Shown: piece by piece, positions 25,552 to 39,064 of the stretch | Layout: each line of letters opens with the position of its first letter | How positions within the stretch are numbered: the first letter of the stretch is position 1 | NCBI GenBank assembly: GCA_040954595.2 | Contig: CM082584.2 | Location: 2,821,344 to 2,885,343, forward strand | Direction of reading: 5' to 3' | Length of the DNA: 64,000 bases | From: Balanoglossus misakiensis | Taxonomy: Eukaryota > Animalia > Hemichordata | Made by a program: the position numbers and the translations under genes | Notes under the pieces: generated by a model | What the model was told of the DNA's origin: nothing | The model's input: only the letters and a program-made list of their open reading frames with translations | Database searches by the model: none

Positions 25552-28500
25552 ATGCCGGGTTCAGAGATTTGTCCTTCCATGACTAGGGAAGCAATCAGGG
25601 ATCGTAACATACGTCGGGTGCGGGATAACACTGTCCGCGGAAATGTTGATTTTGTTGCCCCAACTACTGAAGATAAGACAGCAATTCAACGTAAAATTTC
25701 AAAGCTTCGAACTCTGATGAAGGAGGGTAGGGCAACAAATTTTGACGTGTTATCAACGGTACTTGATTTCTTCCTGACGAGTCCCGAAACGAACGGCAAT
25801 GGTGGTATGCGTGACGAACCAGAAGAAGGTGCTTTCCACGAACCCGTGTACCAGAGGTGTCCAATAGAACGGACTGATGACCAGATGTATTTGACAACGA
25901 CCCTCTCTGTCCAGAACCTCGTAAAAACTGTCGAATCACACTCCGGAGCATGTCGAGGAACTCTTGCCTCAAAGCGCACGACTATGATGGGCCACGCGGG
26001 GAGGGTCAGTTTCAAGTGCGAGGAAGGTCACGGATTCAATTGGAATTCTTCGCCGTATTTACCGAACGGGGGACTACTCGTCAACTACAGGTAAATGTAA
26101 ATACAGTGACATTGTACGATACGGACTTATATTGTTTTTAGGGGCACAAGCCTATCGGGCTTGTGCCCCTATTGGTATTGTTGGAATATTTCTTCTTTAT
26201 TGGGGGCACAAGCGCCCTCAGGCGGCTTGTGCCCCCATTGTTATTGTTGGAATATTTCTTTATTACGGGCCCAAGCCAAGCCAGGCTTGGGCCCGTATTG
26301 GTTTCGCTGGGGTTTTTCTGTCTTTCTTTCTTTCTTTATTCTTGGTTCCATTCTTTATCGCTCTAGATCTCAAACACCGCTGCAGGTACAGTTCTCAAAC
26401 TTGCTACAGTGGTCAAGGTCAATGAGTAGATGTGCAGTGACTTGTGAATACTTAATTAGTCACGTGACATGGCGGCCATCTTGGATTTTCTGAAAAAATG
26501 CAAATCTCAGATCTCAGAAACTGCAAGTCAGATCGACTTCAAATTTGGCATGCTGGTAGACTACCTTCTGCCCATCATTTTTGTAATTGGAAATTATGCT
26601 GACAAAGTTGCCGTTTTTTTGCTACAATTTTTTTTCTGAAATCTGGCCTAAATTTCAAAAATCTTCTTCTCCAGAACCGGTGATAACCGAGACACGGGGT
26701 TTGGGGTATGTGGTCACCTAACTGATGTCTATCAAGTTTGCGAAGATCATAGTGATTGGTCCAAGATTATGGCGGCCATATTGGATTTTCGAAAAACCCT
26801 AGTAAAATTTGAAAAATCTTCTACTCAAGAACCGGTGATAATCGAGTCACAAGATTTGGTGTGTGTGGTCATTAAACAGATGTCTATCAAGTTTGCGAAG
26901 ATGAATGTGATTGGTCGAAGATTATGGCGGCCATATTGGATTTTGTGAAAAACGATTAAAAAGTAAAAATTCCCTTTCTAGCCTAATAATTGATAGCACA
27001 GAAATTCTTTTTATGGATATGAATCATCATATGACAAGAATAAGCTATAAATATTTTGGTAATTTTGGCAATGACCTTTGACCTACTTTTGACGCATCAT
27101 TTTTCTGCATATCTAATTCCAGGCTAACCAATAGGGCTATAAGTTTGGTTTTTGATGTATGTGGATTTGTATGTGATCAAAAAATTTTGCTACTTCTCAT
27201 GACCCCTTTGACCTCTGCTGACCTCATTAAATATGCACATACCTAATTAATGATGAACCAATAGACCTTGAGGTTTTGTTTTTGTTATACAGTATGGGGT
27301 CAAAATATTTTACCCAAATGTTGGGTGACCTTGGGTGACCTTTGACCTACTTTTGCATATCTCGACATCCACAGCAGATACAGCCTTGGCGTCTGGAGGT
27401 ATGGGGCCATAATGAAAAGCCAAAGTTTTGGGTCACCTGTGACACCTGCTTAACTCATTATTTATGTGCATACCTAATTCCAGGCTAACCAAAAGGGCTA
27501 GAGGTCTGGTTTTTGTTGGACATGGACCACTATGGGTCAAAATTTTCTGCCCAAATTGTGGGTGACCCCTGGGAGACCTTTGACCTACTTTACACTATAT
27601 CAACACCAAACATAGATATAACCTTGATATTTCATGGGATAAAACAGAGCATTATGTTTCTACTCATTAATTATGTGCATATCTAATATCAGATCAGATA
27701 ATAGAGCTTGGGCCCGGACAATGCTGCTTGCAGCTTTAATTATTCTTCTTCTTCTTCTTCTTCTTCCCCAAAATTCGGCCAGGTAGATCTGGAAAACCGC
27801 AGCACCTAGGGGGCTGAAACTTGGTAGGGTGATAGGGGCCAATGAGTAGACGTGCAGTGGCCCGTGAATATTTAATTAGTCACGTGACCTGGCGGCCATA
27901 TTGGATTTCCTGAAAATCGTTAAATGAGTCCTTCTCAAAAACTACTGGGCCGATCGAGTTCACATTTGGTGTGCAGGTAGCCTACCTTCTGTCCATCATT
28001 TTACCCCATTGAAATCATGACGTCATACATAAAGTTTTTTTGCTACAATTGTTTTTTCTGAAAAACTACTTAAAACTTTAAAAATCTTCTTCTCCAGAAC
28101 CAGCGGTTACCGAGTCTCGGGATTTGGGATATGTGGTCACCTAACCTATGTCTATCAAGTTTGCGAAGCGCACTGTGATTGGTCGATCATTATGGCGGCC
28201 ATGTTGGATTTTCGGAAAACCATTGAAAAGTGATAATTCCGTTTTGTAGCCAAAATGTTGACAGCATGGACATTCTTTTTTTGGATATGAGTCATCATCT
28301 GACCGGAAGTTGTCACAATTTTTCAGGGCAATTTTCACATGACCTTTGACCCAGTTTTAAAACAACTAATTATATATGCATATTCCCCATACCTCCTCTT
28401 GTCAAAGCACCACAGTCATGAATTTTGTGGACATGGGTACCAATGCTGCCAGGACATGACACAAATATTTTGGTAATTTTGACAATGACCTTTGACCTAT

Positions 28501-31500
28501 TTCTGAAACATCATTTTTCTGCATATCTAATTCCATGCTACCCAATAGGGCTAGAGGTCTGGTATTGGTTGGACATGGCCCACTCTGGGGTCAAAATTTT
28601 ATGCCCTAATTTTGGGTGACCTTGGGTGACCTTTGATCTACTTTCCCATATCTCAGCATCCAGAGCAGTTAGAGCCCTGGCTTTTATGGGGATTGAGCAC
28701 ATAATGGAGTCTTACACAAGACCTCATTAATTATGTGCATAACTAATTGCAGGCGAACCAATAGGGCTAGGGGTCTGGTTTTTTGTTGGATCTAGACTAG
28801 TATGGGGTGCAATTTCTTTGCCCAAATTTGGGGTGACCTCAGTTGACCTCTGACCTACTTTCCCATATCTTGGTATCCTCAGCAGATACAGCCGTGGCAT
28901 TTGCTGGTCACCATGGGAACCGCTTGTGCTCCCCCAACGCTGCTTGCAGCTTTAATTATTATTATTATTATTCTTCTTCTTCCGAGAAATTCGGCCAGGT
29001 AGATCTGGAAAACCGCAGCACCTAGGGGGCTGAAACTTGGTAGGGTGATAGGGGCCAATGAGTAGACGTGCAGTGGCTCGTGAATATTTAATTAGTCACG
29101 TGACCTGGCGGCCATATTGGATTTCCTGAAAATCGTTAAACGAGTCCTTCTCAAAAACTACTGGGCCGATCGAGTTCAAATTTGGTGTGCAGGTAGCCTA
29201 CCTTCTGTCCATCATTTTACCCCATTGAAATCGTGACGTCACACATAAAGTTTTTTTGCTACAATTGTTTTTCTGAAAAAGTACTTAAAACTTTAAAAAT
29301 CTTCTTCTCCAGAACCAGCGATTGCCGAGTCACGGGATTTGGGGCATGTGGTCACCTAACCTATGTCTATCAAGTTTGCGAAGCGCACTGTGATTGGTCG
29401 ATCATTATGGCGGCCATGTTGGATTTTCGGAAAACCATTGAAAAATATAAATTCCTTTTTGTAGCCAAAATATTGACAGCACGGAAATTCTTTTTTTGGA
29501 TATGAGTCATCATATGACCGGAAGTTGTCACAATTTTTCGGGGCAATTTTCACATGACCTTTGACCCAGTTTTAAAACAACTAATTATATATGCATATTC
29601 CCCATACCTCCTCTTGTAAAAGCACCACAGTCATGAATTTTGTGGACATGGGTACCAATGCTGCCAGGACATGACACAAATATTTTGGTAATTTTGGCAA
29701 TGACCTTTGACCTATTTCTGAAACATCATTTTTCTGCATATCTAATTCCATGCTACCCAATAGGGCTAGAGGTCTGGTATTGGTTGGACATGGCCCAGTC
29801 TGGGGTCAAAATTTTATGCCCTAATTTTGGGTGACCTTGGGTGACCTTTGATCTACTTTCCCATATCTCAGCCTCCAGAGCAGTTAGAGCCCTGGCTTTT
29901 ATGGGTATTGAGCACATAATGGAGTCTTACACAAGACCTCATTAATTATGTGCATACCTAATTGCAGGCGAACCAATAGGGCTAGGGGTCTGGTTTTTTG
30001 TTGGATCTAGACTAGTATGGGGTCCAATTTTTTGCCCAAATTTGGGGTGACCTCAGGTGACCTTTGACCTACTTTCCCATATCTTGGTATCCCCAGCAGA
30101 TACAGCCGTGGCATTTGCTGGTCACCATGGGAACCGCTTGTGCCCCGCCAACGCTGCTTGCAGCTTTAATTTTCATCTTTTATTTACCCAGAATACGTCA
30201 ATGTAATATGCTCTCGCGTCGTAACTTTGAAATGCTATGAACATTATCCAACAGATTGTTACACGGGTTGTTGTCAGCTGGCGTACGGACGCGGACTTAT
30301 GACACTGTAACCAGCGGTGCAAATATGGGGTCGTTGAAGGACAAGTATAGAACGAAATGTAAGCTTACACTTTTTTTATAGCTGAAACTATCTAGTTTTA
30401 TATTTATTTGTGATCAGTCCTACTTTTAGTGTGGTCAACTTACATTGATTCTCAGACTGTTTCAATATATTGTATGACCATGGAGTTACAGACATGACTG
30501 CAGCATATAAAGACATGTCAAGACATTTTTTTTTCCAAATGTATTAACTGTCGACCATCATCACAGTCACCCCATGACTGTGCTGGCATATAAAGTAGGC
30601 AAATCATCACTAATATTTCTCGTCTGTCTGTTTTTTTTTATTCAGTTTTTGAGAAGTACCGACAAACTATCCACAATGAAGCGGTCAAATCCATGGATGA
30701 TGCATTAAACGAGGTATGACATTTCACCACCCAAATACAACTAAATAAATGTTATTTGATATTTTTATCATGCCACATTTTATCCGCATGTTAATATAGG
30801 CCTAATACATTTTGTTTTTGAATCCAATTTCAGGAAATCGCATCGGAAGACCGCACCATTAAGCTGGGGATTGAAAATATGAGCGATGCACGACACGGTA
30901 CACGAAAGAATGCACAAAACTCTGACATAGTTGTACTTGGTGACATGTATGTAACAACTTTTCGTTAGAAATAACATTTTTCATCTCTATGGCAATGATG
31001 GTTATATGTATGGTAATGTGTTACCCTTACACGCACTCAATCGCATCGCTATTTCTGTTGACAATGAGTATTGTGTTTGGCATCGACACTACTTCTCCGA
31101 ACTGACATGCCACATGCTTTGACGTATACTGTTATTGTAATATATGGCAATTTTGGATTAAATTCGACTAACTTTATTTGTAACTATTTGTCTTTGTTTT
31201 AGAACCCATAAGTGCATCCATAAGAAGTTGGTCAGGAAGCACGATGACCCGTGTTCCCAAAGACACGAGATGATTGGGATCAGGTGATTTTATAACTGGG
31301 CTGATGAAAAAGGTAAAACATAGTATTAACACGGTGCTTTCCCATCGGTATCAGTAAAATCCTTGCTAAATGTTTTTACAATACTTTAGGCATGTACATG
31401 GACCACATATAAAACGATAATTATAATTCTATGCAAGAAAATATGTCACACTGACAACCGGCTATTGCAAATGATTACATTTACAGGGGTTCCAATTTTA

Positions 31501-33358
31501 GTTCATGGCCACGACAACAACGCGTCTGTAAACAAATTCCTGCGAGAGGAAAGGCCAGATACAATTAGCAGCAACGACACATGGCATGGTAAGGCTTCAT
31601 TCTTACTTGACAGGGGAAGGTGTAGCAGCAAAAACACTCCAATTTAGTACATGTACATAAGGACGTCACATACATTTTTAGCTGACGACTTTTGATCATC
31701 TGTAAACTTATAATTTGAAAGTGAATATGTGTATTCAGGTTTGTTTTCAAGGCAGAGTTGCATCAATCCAGGCACCATTAATTGATTCTGTTTCATCGTG
31801 TACACGTGGGCGAGGCGCTGTAACATCAATGCTTGTTTTTATTTTACAGTTACCAAGGCAATAGGCCGAGAGATGAAACGAGTAACCACGGGGACACAAC
31901 GAAACATGAACGTAACCTGGCACCCTGAACTTGCAGATAAAGGTAAAATCACACACATTTTATGTTTTCTCAATCGCAATGTTAAGTTTTCACTTTTGGT
32001 CAGGTATCTGTGGTTACGAGTTTCTGTTTCATGTTCAGTTTTATGCGTTGAATATTTTTTTTCTCTTATGCAGCTTTGAAAATGGAGATATTAAACGTAA
32101 AGCCATTTCGTTTGTGATAACAATTATTACAAATTCAAATATGTGTTCACCTCTCCACAGGGGCCAATGTAAAGACACATTGCTACTGGGCCATGACACG
32201 GGCAAAACAACACCTTCTGGACAATGGCAACACAACCCGGGCACGAACCGAAGCAGCGGCGCTAATCCGAAAAAAATTAGACAATATTGTCGCTCATTAT
32301 CAGGTAATTACCTTTGAATGAAACAAAAATAACTTTTTTGATTAAATAAAATAGTTGAAAATGTAACCATCGCCATCACACATTCTTTTAAAGTTATCTG
32401 TGGATGCCAACATCAGGACAAAACCGTGACTGTGCTTCTTAATTTCCATCAAATAGACGGTACATGTTATCTTTTCTATCTGTAGGATAATCACGCTGGG
32501 TGTGACCCAAAATCGAGGTGTCGGAATAGCGCGAATTACGAAGCATCGTTCCGCCCAATCAGGCAATCGAAAGCAGCTGACCTCCTGAGGCATGATGTTA
32601 GAAAGACGCAGCTGTACAAGAAGCCAGAGAATTATGTTGATGTGAGTTTTTTAAGTATTACATAGCATGAGGTAAATGTAGGTGTGCTTAGCTATGTGTA
32701 TTGAATGACAATGTTTAGCTTGAAACACGATTTCAGAATACAGGTACATGTAGTTACAATGTGCAGTGTTTGAACACCACCATGCAGCAGATAGAGCATA
32801 GCAGTATTTCTCTCAGGCTTTCTTGTACCGAGATTATGCTGTAGTTTTTGTCAGCTATATGCAGACACGATTATGGAATACCAAAGTCTCTACTCTTTGT
32901 AAAGATTTTATTTTATTTTCCATTCTAGTGTAAAGACACACACTATGTTGAGAGCTTCAACAATGTTGCGCATCCCATTAAAAAAAAACTCCTATAAATT
33001 TAGGAGTGATCTCACCTGTCTGGACTGGGTAAGTTTTATTTTATTTCCGAGTGTGTTCATGTTTTCCCCATGATAATTTACAATGTTTCTGTGCAAGCTT
33101 ATCACTGACAAAACAATAAAATATGACGCAGAAGCGAAAGTGGTGTTAGTTTCGCAGTTTATTGAAACTGTTACTTGAACACTGTCTAATTTCCAGAATG
33201 AGAATGTAGACCGGCCGTCAACCAATACCAGGAGGAGTCGGCGAGGAAGGCAGTACAGGAGGAGGTCTGAGCGCAGGGTATTGACGGAAAAAACAAGTCG
33301 TTGGAGGACCAATGTGTGGAGGCGTTTTGTCAAAGACGTTTTTAGTGCCTCTCTGTAG
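25552..33358 (+). pseudogene. Kolobok-type DDE transposase, ~11 exons, disabled
   Basis: GT-AG exons at 25552-26090, 30255-30358, 30646-30713, 30834-30946, 31203-31311, ~31487-31588, ~31850-31942, 32161-32302, ~32486-32641, 32929-~33000 and ~33198-33358. Motifs SDARHGTRKNA (D), HDNNASVNK (D), NDTWH (D-x2-H), WHPELADK, HCYWAM and CKDTHYVESFNN (E). In-frame TGA at 31285-31287 and a lesion after VESFNNV. Confidence 0.85.
26137..30171 (+). mobile_element. Three nested HINE-like elements in intron 1 of the Kolobok transposase
   Basis: Three stacked 5' subTIR palindromes (26140-26295) and three 3' ends GCTGCTTGCAGCTTTAATT (~27741, 28957, 30171). Same families as 13471-20497, in opposite orientation. 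Confidence 0.85.
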
Positions 33359-34959
33359 AAACCCAGAGACGTATGCTCTAGTGCATACACATACCAAACG
33401 GCCCTTATCAGGGCAACCACATCCTTCAAAAAGAGAACTACCGTAATCACCAAAACACTTCGTAATAAAAAATTAAAAAGAAATGCACAAATCATTACAC
33501 AGGCACACATACTCACATATAAAAGTGAATAAAGAAGTACACTACACACCCGAGGATATGACTTTGGTGTCATTTTAATGTACCATTCATTTTTGTCTAA
33601 AACAATCACCACTCAAAGAAAACTGCCAAAAATAAAGATGTATCGCATTATAATATGTACAATAATGTCGTCTCTTAAAAAAACCTTAAACGGACTCTTG
33701 ACTTCAGTGATGCCCGGATTTGATGAAATATCGAAACGTACGGAAACGCAGAAAGTCAGTCAAAGAATTGTTTTACTATCAATCACGTGATCTGGCCATG
33801 TGACCCACGGCGTTGTCATTTCCAAGTGACGGGCAAGCAATATTTCGCCATTCAGTAAAAGATTTTTCCGAGTATGTTTTTATTTTAAAAACCGCCAGAC
33901 ACGTACCATGTATCAGGTATAATGCCTCCACGCTATTGAAGTTGCCCGTCATCTGGATTTTTGAATGCTAACGTAACTGTGCCTGAGCGTGCGTGCTGCT
34001 GTACACGGGCGCGACAGCTTCACGAGTGCATATAGCCGCGCCTATAGGCCCATGTCGCAATAGCAATAGATAGGACTTTCTACCTGCAAATCATGACGCA
34101 CCAAGTATCAAGACATGCTGCCAATCATTTATAGTTTTGGTAATTCGACTTGTATTCCTTTCATGTGGAATTTTCGACAAGCATCTGAGCTCCCTTCAAA
34201 AATTACCGACGCCACGATCGCAATTGTCAGCAATTAAAACAATGCGGACATTTTCGCATCGTTCATTTCCGGGGATCAGTCTAGCTTGAACTGGGTTTGT
34301 ATCGATGTCGATCTATAAACTTGATGATCGCGAATTCAGACATTTCAACGCCTATTTTGAGTAGCGATCCGCTCTCAAGTTGATAGGAAAATTATAGACA
34401 GGCCTGTGCCGAGCCGCCCCAGCCGTGCGCAAGTGGATTGACCGACGCGTGGTACGGTAGCCGGTCATGCATGCAGGATGACTGTTTTGCATGCTGCCGG
34501 CTGCGCCTCCAATCACAATTGCTTGAGGTCAAAGTCGTCATCAAGACGGTCCTGCCTCGCAGGACAAATGAAGTAAGAATCAATACACGCTGATTTCAGA
34601 TCATAGTGAGGTGAATACAGCTTCTTTGTGCGAGATTGCGTTGTAGGGTTTACTTTACAGAGCATTGTCCGAAGTTTCGCGATCGCATTCCAGAGCTTGC
34701 ACCTGTGCGCGCTTGGGAGAATTGAGCGTCGAAGTGGTTAGAGCGATCGGCCTCTTGCTTTCCAGTTGACCGTAAACAGTCTCTACTGTACTCGTGTGCA
34801 GCTAGACCATGGCACGGCCGTTATCGTTATCTGTAATACCTAGCACCCTTTATAGGATTAGCTAAGGTGGTAAACTGTTGTGATTGGAGTGTGTTTTTAA
34901 CGTACTGTAAGTTAAACATCGCAACTAGCCTAATGTTTGACTAGGAAGAGCACCTACTA

Positions 34960-34990
34960 ATGCGAAAACCAGGGATTGAAAATTGCCCCT
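34960..34990. mobile_element. Candidate right terminus of the Kolobok element
   Basis: ...GAAAATTGCCCCT|TTAA fits the Kolobok RR...YY termini with TTAA target; no matching left TIR was found. Confidence 0.4.
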
Positions 34991-36752
34991 TTAAACATCG
35001 ACAGACAAATGACACATTTTTTCCCCTTTATTTTGTAGAACAGAAGTAAAATGTTCTTGGAGAAGCAAATTTAAATTGTTTTGTGTTCTTTTCACAATTT
35101 TAGAAAAATGAAATATGACGACAAGTTGACTGTAAAACGGAAGGTTAGGGGTACTTTAGGCACATCACAGATAAATAAACACGAAACGCATTAATTTTTC
35201 AGCTGGAAAACTAAAGCCCTAGGCCTGCCCATCTGTTTCCTCCCATAGACAACCTTCACAATGGGACACCATCCCTGGTTCGTTCAGGAATCTCCCTGGG
35301 TTACCTCCAGGGGACGTATAGAATGCATTAGTGACAATTAAAACGCCATCGACTTTATCCTGTATTATTTTGTAATATTTTCACGGAATCTGAGATTGAA
35401 AATTAAGTATTCCAACCATCAGCAAGAATTTACTTTCAAAAAATCTAACCGTTGAGAGCTATTTATAGAATAGAGTAATTTTGACATTAAGGCCGAACCC
35501 TGTTGTTGAGTATTAAGATTTAATTTTAATTTTTCGATTAGTGATCTATTTCTTATGCATGAATGAAAAAAAATAATTGACAGATCTCAGTCTTACAGAT
35601 GTTTATTTTATCACCATGGTAACAACTTCTTATCGGTATATAGAGGGTTGTTTGTCTCGTATCGCGCTACTGATATTGAAAAGTAACCTTCCTAATTTCA
35701 ACAAGCTGTAAATTTTATAGACGTGTAACTCGTGCTCATTTTCTTCTTCTTCTTCTTCTTTTTAATTTTTGTGCCGACGGCTTCAGTGCCCAACGTTCGA
35801 TTCTGGCAGGTGGTTTCGAAATTGGATTGTTGTATATGTGGACCAACGGCTTGTGGTCTGTCACAATGGTGAATTTCTGACCATATACATACAAGTGGAA
35901 TCGTTCGCATGCCCATACAACGGCAAGGGCCTCTCTTTGTGTTTGAAAATATCGTTGTTCGACTGGTGTGAGTGATCTGCTTCCGTAGCAAAGAACTCGT
36001 GGTGCGTCGTCGACGCGTCGCTTTTGCTTTTCTGGGTTAACATGGCTGCTATAAACCTACTGGGCTGGCATCTACAACTATTTCGGTTTCTTTCTTCGGA
36101 TCGAAGTATGCCATGATTGTATCACTCATTAGTCAGTTCTTGATGGTGATAAACACTTCTTCTTGTCAATCCGTCCACTCCCAAGGTGGGTCTTTTATGG
36201 TGAGTTGTTTGAAATAGTCCGCAGAATTACTGCTGCAAATGGTGAAAGAATTTTCTGTTGAATTGAAGTCTCTGAAAGTTTTAAGGAGGCGAGCAAGAAG
36301 ACAAATCAAAAGAGCCCAGAAAAGGATTGAGTATGAACTACTTTTTACAAACCAAACATTACCGTATTCCTTGTATGTAAAAAGTTTGGCTGTTTAAACA
36401 GTACTTTCAAGTAGTTTGAATACTGGGTTCGCTCTTATGTATAGGTCAATGTGCCTGTGCATGCGCTGATTAAGGGAGGTGTTGTCATAGCAACACACAG
36501 CCTTCCCTAGCCATACAGGAATGCTGTCTGTCACCTTTACATGATGGACCGTCCCCAACTTCCCCCAACCCACGGCTGTAATTACTGAAGCCTCCCTTAA
36601 AAGCATCAATTTGGGATTTTGAGAACCATAGTCTGTTTGGACAGTGTTCATGTATACAAAATTTGGGTGTATTCCTGAGAACTTCAAAACTATATTTTTC
36701 TTCGTTAATTCATGAAAACGTTGCTAATATCAGTTGCTACAAAAACCAAGTT

Positions 36753-37268
36753 AATTAAGCAATAAAACATCGTTCGTGCGTATAAGGAGTTGAACTGGTC
36801 AAAATCGAGTGGTATACCATGGCTGGGGTGTTTTATTGCTATCATATTATATCAACAATTGTTTTTGTGGCATATCAGTGTCATTTTCTTACCGAAACGG
36901 CGTCATAAAGAGAAATTACGATCGTGAACCAACATGGCGACGATGAATGTAAACACGAGCGGCCGGGATCCAGACGGGATCGAGCATTAAACATGAAGCA
37001 GACGGCAAAAAGTGACAAGACGGGCATCGCGCGTGGCAGAGTGAAAAATATTTCCACAGAGCAATTCCAAAATAAAACGTCTGTTAATTCAACAGTATTG
37101 TTGTTTTATTTATTTGGTTTAAACACGCGCGACTGTGGTTTTTGCTGCCATATGCTAGTTCAGCAGGGGCCCGTTTTAGCTCTGCCAGCAGTGCATTATG
37201 AGTATTTTAGCATCGCTGGATTGAGCTCTCGTCCAATCAGAATTGCGGACGGTAGCATGATATAATAT
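36753..37268. mobile_element. Double-hairpin non-autonomous element (Crypton-like); shares sequence with 60333-60602 (inverted) and ~10190-10550
   Basis: AAGCAATAAAACA...TGTTTTATTGCTA hairpin containing GAACTGGTCAAAATCGAGTGGTATACCATGGCTGGGG, the reverse complement of ~60514-60552. The body GATGAATGTAAACACG...GTCCAATCAG...CATGATATAA matches ~10266-10545. Confidence 0.6.
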
Positions 37269-38868
37269 AATACTGTATATATACCATTTATATATTTGCG
37301 ACAAAATTATTGTCATATATTGCCAAAGAAAACAATGGATTTCAAATAGAATTGTTTTATCAAATTCTGGATATATTTATTATTTAGCAGCATTCAAAAA
37401 TGGCTAACGATGCAGTTTTTTATTTATTAAATTCATCCATATCAAACACAGAAATGTCGTCTACCTAGGATAGGATGACTAGAACAATCATCTATACAAA
37501 GTCAGTCCCCCCAGATCAATGAGAATAAAAAGTGCCTTGCTCAAGGGCACAAAATCATTGAAGTTTATGCCATTTCCACTCAAGTTGGACTGGAAGTCAA
37601 ATATGAAGACATTTGTTGGAATTTCTCTTATCTCATATACTTATCTGCATTCTGATTGTGAGCTGATATGTTATGAGGGATTTTATTCTGAAATTGTTCT
37701 TTTTGGTGCTATGGTCTATTTATTTCCTAAGTGTCACATTCCACTGGAATGAATTGTCTCTCCCCCCAGAAAACAGCATCTAGACCCCCCCCTGGGGATA
37801 CCAAATGATGACTCCCTGAGTACTTAACTCACTCCAAATTAAATCAACCCAGTGCCAATTCTTCAAACATTTCAAGTAAAATTTGCCTGATAGAAGTTTC
37901 TCTTGATGAAAATCACTTGTGACTCTGAAGTTTTGCACAGAAAAGAACTTGTTTCTTTTTTTCTTTCTTCAAAGGGTGGAAAGTGTACCAGTCACAAATC
38001 AACGTCGTAACCAGGGTAACTACCAATTTCATGTCAAAGTTCATACATGCTATCCTCTGCTCGCATTAATAGCGATGTTTTGGGCGATTTCTGAGGGAGA
38101 CTACACTTTCTACATGCTCAATCATGAAGGTAGCTGTGTTGTGATTGGTTATCTACACATTTGTCTCAGTCAGCAACCAATCAAAGCACAGCTTACTTTC
38201 CAGTAGTTGAGTGAAAAAAAATTCATTAAGTTGGTTATTTTCACAAAGATCAGTCCTCCAAACTCTTCCATGTTTTTGTATTAAAGTGTATATGAAGTCC
38301 ATTTGAAAAAAAAAAGATTTTCATCACCTTTGTTTCATAAAAAAATAAACAATGTTCACCATGGAGTTATAGCGGCCATTTTGAATTTCAAATTTGAGAC
38401 AATTTTTGTCATTCAAATTTTTACGGTGAATAATTAATCTGTATTCTTTGTTTTAAGCAAGAATAATCTAAAGTTGTATTGAGGAGAATATGACTGATTT
38501 TGAAGGTGCACATTAAAACCAAACATGAGAAGCAAGTAGGAATAGTTCATGTCTTGTATTGCAATAATTTGGCAGCCCGTGTTCAACTCGGGGGGTGGGG
38601 GTGGGGGGGGGGGGGTGGGGGGTGAATGCTAACAATGGACACACATATACACAAAAGATTGCAAAAGTAAAAGATTTATTTTGAACACATCAAGGATTTT
38701 AAAAACCTATAAAGAATCTTTCTGGCTGTGAAGAAGCAGTAAATAATTCATTTCTCAAGTCCTCATGAAAAAGAGCTGTAAAACTGCAGTTATGGAAACT
38801 GCATTGCAAGGATTGGTAACAGATAATATTCATATCCAAGATGAGGTCATACATGGAATAACATTTAA

Positions 38869-39064
38869 AGGGACAAAATCTCTCTCTCGCTGCCATTTTT
38901 CTGTTAATTATGATTGATACAAGACTGTGGATATATAGTGAATCAACGTTCGACCACCCACAACTTCCATCCCACTTGTAGACACGAGAGTAAAACACTC
39001 GTCAAAATGAATAATCGTTCTCTACCGTTTATTCATTTTGGCGAGATTTTTACTCTTATATCCT
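38869..39064. mobile_element. Internally deleted Kolobok-like MITE
   Basis: TTAA|AGGGACAAAATCTCTCTCTCGCTGCC...ATCCT|TTAA; homologous to 41860-42210. Confidence 0.7.

Noticed and set aside
14260-29834. Recurrent short ORFs (e.g. HVTWRPYWIF, KIQHGRHNDRP)
   Set aside because: Translations of non-coding HINE repeats with frame-inconsistent indels between copies.
33600-34810. His-Me-finger nuclease gene of KolobokP on the minus strand
   Set aside because: Manual translation of the minus-strand frames showed multiple stops and no conserved Cys/His motif.
23976-34930. TIR pair GGCCTAGTTGC (23976) / GCAACTAGCC (34921) delimiting the Kolobok region
   Set aside because: Short and imperfect, with no TSD.
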